From positions 17,762,589 to 17,826,588 of the forward strand of contig CP154954.1 in the NCBI GenBank assembly GCA_039621445.1: a DNA stretch of 64,000 nt, read 5' to 3'. Position 1 is the stretch's first letter, and each line of letters starts with the position of its first letter. Below the pieces are notes generated by a model, which saw nothing but the letters and a program-made list of their open reading frames with translations, had not been told where the DNA came from and searched no databases. This DNA is from Euglena gracilis. Taxonomy: Eukaryota. This document shows, piece after piece, positions 60,618-64,000 of the stretch. The position numbers and the translations under genes were made by a program.

Positions 60618-61031
60618 TGTGTCCCAGGCAGCATGAACACCATGACGCTGTGCATAGCAGCAATCTGCAGAATGTACAGTGGCATGCCGGATAGCACCAT
60701 TCCAGGTTCTGCAATACAAATTGCAGAATTAGGAATGGCCTATCCTATATCTCTTCACCCTTTCCCTTCACAGGTGGTATTTTTTCTTTCATGATTTCAT
60801 TTGCCTGATCAAAGGCATTTTCGATTTCAACACTCCGATTGGAGAAGAATTGTGGAACCGAAGGTCCGAAATCACACCTGGTTTGCCTTGTGCTCTGCAT
60901 AAGCCCAAAGGCAATAAAAACTAATAGTTAAGTGAAAGACTTTTCTTTTTTGTTACTGTCCTGGTTCTGTTCCCACGGGAGGGTGTAATTAGGCCGACAG
61001 GCAGTGGGAATAGAGTCAGGGGACGTACACT
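60618..61031 (+). repeat. 3' LTR of element C
   Basis: Direct repeat of 52427-52840. Confidence 0.93.
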
Positions 61032-61702
61032 CATACCAACCCCCACCTCCCAATACCGCCCACTGCCCTTTGCATGTGCTGGCTGGGTTATTGGAAGGTT
61101 ACTGATTAGGCATGGCCACAGATTAGGATAGGAACCTATGAAGGCACTCCCTACCTTTGGCGTCATTCCCTCCTCTCTTCCTGCGCCCTGCCCCCCAGGT
61201 CCCACACTCTGGAAAATGACTCTGGCCATTTATCGGTATGTGGGAACTCAACTTTCATCCTGGAAGAAAAATTCAAAGTGCAAAGATATTTCTCCCCTAT
61301 CATTCCAGGTCACACTCCAGTTTAACCAACCACAGGACCACACACTGGCTCGCACAAGCTTGCAAACAAACGGTCATTCACCTTTCTGGATGCGCAGGGG
61401 CTATGTGCGGTCATAGCGACTCCTCGCACACACTCCCCCCCCTTTAGCGCTCAGAAAGACCTTGAATCCCCCCCCCCGTGGGGATGACAAGAGGCACATT
61501 TCTCCCGCCTCGGCAGGAGGTACCCAAGGACCTGCCCTCCCCCCAAACCTCAGGTGGGGCGGGACTACTTCTCCTCACTCTACACATTGTTTGCGTGATG
61601 AGCGGACTTACCACAGGAAGCCTCACCCCTCTTCAGCGGAGTGGGTGTTCTTCCCGCAGGTTTCCCGGACCCCCCCACAGGAGAAGGTGGCTAATCTCCC
61701 AC

Positions 61703-64000
61703 GACCATTCGGGCTTCGCACACTCTGGGGGTGAGATCCTGCTTTGTGTGCCGGCTGTTTTGTTGTTTGCGTTCTTTTGGCGGGGTGCTTCTTACTGCTT
61801 TTTGGTGCCCGAGTTGGCGTATATTAACGTCCTTCGACAATCAGAATGGCAACGTACGAAAAATTAACATCAGAAGACGAGAACGTGTTCAACAACGCGT
61901 GGACAGAACTGTTCTTCAACGAGGGCAACATGGCGAAACTACTGGCGTAATCGTCCCCGGAATCCCTCGTGAGCGTCATCGCGGCCGGCCAAAACTGGCT
62001 GGGAGGCGGATGGCACACTACGAAGTGCGCAACGAAGGTCCACGAGTTGACCCAGGTGGCGATGGTCTCCAGCCAAATCGGAGACTACAGGAATTCTTTC
62101 TTGTACTCGGTGGCGTTAGCAGGAAGCGTGGAGGTACCCCTAATAGACTTGGGGCAGACAGCGGCGGACGTGGCGTTCAAGCTGGCTGATCGTTGGCTGA
62201 ACAAGAGTTCGAAGAAAGACAAGGGGATGACGCAGAAAGCGGAGCGGTCCGCGATGGAGGAGGACGGAGAAGACGAGGAGGACAACGACAACGACGACGC
62301 GGAAGAACGGCTCCCCTGGCAGGAGGAACTGGCGCCACTGGCGCCAGAGCTGGCAGCGTGCCTTCGGCACGTCGAAAAGGGAGTGAGAATCCCCTGGAAG
62401 ATGGTCCTGGGAGAGCTGCCCAGGTACCAGGGGTTAAAAATGCGAGCAGAGGATAATAACCACAACCAGGACGGCAAAGGGGCCTGGGACAAGCAATTGA
62501 AGGCATGGCAACAAAAGATGTTACACCTGGAAAGAATGGTGGCCTGCCTGTATGGCAGTGTGGAGACAGACTATCAAATATTGGCTCAACAATTGTTTTT
62601 TGCTGTGGCAGAGCTGGAGCAGACGCTGCTGAGGGAGAGGAAGAAGTGCAGCATTCCAGGGGCCATCCCAAGTACAAACAACGGGCTGTTCTCCAAAGAA
62701 GATTTGGCTGTTGACAAAGCCCAATGGGCTCTGAATCAAGCAGGCTTGGCAACAGCTTTCTCCAGACATTCTATGTCTCATTTTCCCATTCCCACAGGAA
62801 ACAAAGGATTTAAATTCAAGTTTGGCAAAGGCAAAGGCTATGGCAGCCAATTCAAGTCTGGGAGAGGAAGAGGCTATGGCAGCCTGTGGAAGAGCCCAGG
62901 AGGGCAGAAGGGGTATGGATCCCCTACTGAATCTTCCACCTCCCCAATCATGTCCCCAGGAAAGGCAAGGGCAAAGCATGAAGCATCAAAGACCCCAAGA
63001 AGGGGTGAAGCCATCAAGGCCAGACCATCCAGGGAGTGGGGGAGAGACCCCCCAGCTGAACTCCATGGAGGAGATAATCCCCCTGCTAACCCCTGCTCTG
63101 AGGCCATCCCCAGTCTGGCAAGAGATCCGGGAGACAGTGACCTGGCCCACAACAAACTCCCTACCAGAGAATGGGAGAAAGGAATCATCCAGGGCCTGGA
63201 TTTCAAAGAAAGGGCATGGCTGGGGGTGCCCTTGTTTCAGAGACTAAGGAAATGTCTGCCATGGTGGCAGGAGAATGCAAATCAGTGGGTAGTAGCACTA
63301 ATTCAAACAGGTGTGCAGCCAGACCAACCCCTACCCAGGTGTCTGTCAACAAGACAGCAGCAAAAGTCAGAACAAGAAGTCAGCGTGGCCTCAAAAATCC
63401 TAAGGGAGTACCAAGAAAGTGGGGCAACCAAAAAGTTGCAAAATGCCCAAGACACTGTCCACCTAGTGCCATGGTTTGTGTTGTCCAAACCAGAAGGGGA
63501 GGGGGTCAAGCATCGACTTATCACAGATTGTCGAGACCTAAATCAATTCTGCTGTCCAGAAAAGTTCACTTTGGAAAATATGTCCACAATTTTCCCTACT
63601 CTGAAAAAAGGGGATTGGGCAGTCAAACTAGACTTGAAAGATGCATACTTTCATCTGGGACTGGAAAAATATTTCAAAAGGTTTGTCAGAATTCAAGTGG
63701 GACCAGACCTGTGGGAGTTTCAGGGAGCCTGTTTTGGCCTAGGCACCCTCCCAAAATTGTTCATGTCACTGATGAAAGTTCTGCTAAAACTGTGGAGGTC
63801 AAAGGGAATGCAGGTGTTCGTCTATTTGGACGACATCATTCTGTTTTGTTCAACAGAAAATTTGGTGAAAAAACATTTGCTGCAGATGCTGGACACATTA
63901 GGGGAGGATGGGTTCCAGGTCAGCCAGAAAAAGTCTGTGTTTACTCCCACACAAAGGATACAACATTTGGGATTCATCACAGACTTGCAAAAAGGTCAGC
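61703..64000 (+). mobile_element. 5' part of a third DIRS1-like element (runs off window)
   Basis: Left terminus GACCATTCGGGCT.CGCAC...GTGAG..CTGCTTT...GAGTTGGC, homologous to the element-1 left ITR, followed by gag-RT. Confidence 0.9.
61846..64000 (+). CDS. DIRS Gag-like/RT ORF (partial; premature TAA at 61948-61950; missed by the ORF track because it lacks a stop in the window)
   Basis: One frame from ATG 61846 through a helical gag-like region to RLITDCR, KLDLKDAYFH, CFGL, VYLDD. Confidence 0.88.

Larger units (their letters stand above)
52427..61031 (+). mobile_element. Internally deleted (pol-less) LTR element 'C', relative of A
   Basis: ~414-bp LTRs, TSD CATAC (52422-52426 / 61032-61036), PBS TGGTTGCAG at 52841, PPT GGGAGGGGGA at ~60608-60617, gag homologous to A, and no PR/RT/IN motifs. 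Confidence 0.9.

Noticed and set aside
61037-61620. Possible host exon or LINE fragment between element C and the third DIRS
   Set aside because: No convincing ORF, splice pattern or motif.
1-64000. Hammerhead ribozyme cores (CTGA[TC]GA words at ~2623, 5975, 6892, 17065, 23947, 63770) and stand-alone tRNA/rRNA genes
   Set aside because: No supporting helices or GAAA geometry seen by eye; tRNA similarity is limited to the PBSs.

Overview
This is a transposon-saturated eukaryotic window (probably a protist or alga; the host cannot be determined) with no recognisable host genes or RNA genes. In order it contains: (i) a complete DIRS1-type tyrosine-recombinase retrotransposon (1824-6383, minus) with ITRs, an internal complementary region (ICR), RT-RNaseH-N6-adenine MTase and an overlapping YR ORF; (ii) a 3x ~1.815-kb tandem array of the decayed 3' half of a second DIRS family (6824-12271); (iii) a large Ty3/Gypsy chromodomain element 'A' (13507-44518, TSD CTGAG) with a Dam-like N6-adenine MTase domain between protease and RT and a very long accessory ORF after pol; (iv) Gypsy element 'B' nested inside A (15612-29214), with a C5-cytosine DNA methyltransferase between Gag and protease and an RRM-like domain in Gag; (v) a truncated divergent relative of B, 'D' (~44780-50727); (vi) a pol-less relative of A, 'C' (52427-61031, TSD CATAC); and (vii) the 5' part of a third DIRS element running off the window. 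The main result is that three retroelement lineages here each carry a DNA methyltransferase: 5mC-type in Gypsy B/D, 6mA-type in Gypsy A, and 6mA-type in DIRS. Also notable are a candidate Gag-Pol TGA readthrough pseudoknot, TG...CT LTR termini and strongly element-specific CpG depletion. All domain calls are by-eye motif recognition; no database searches were run.
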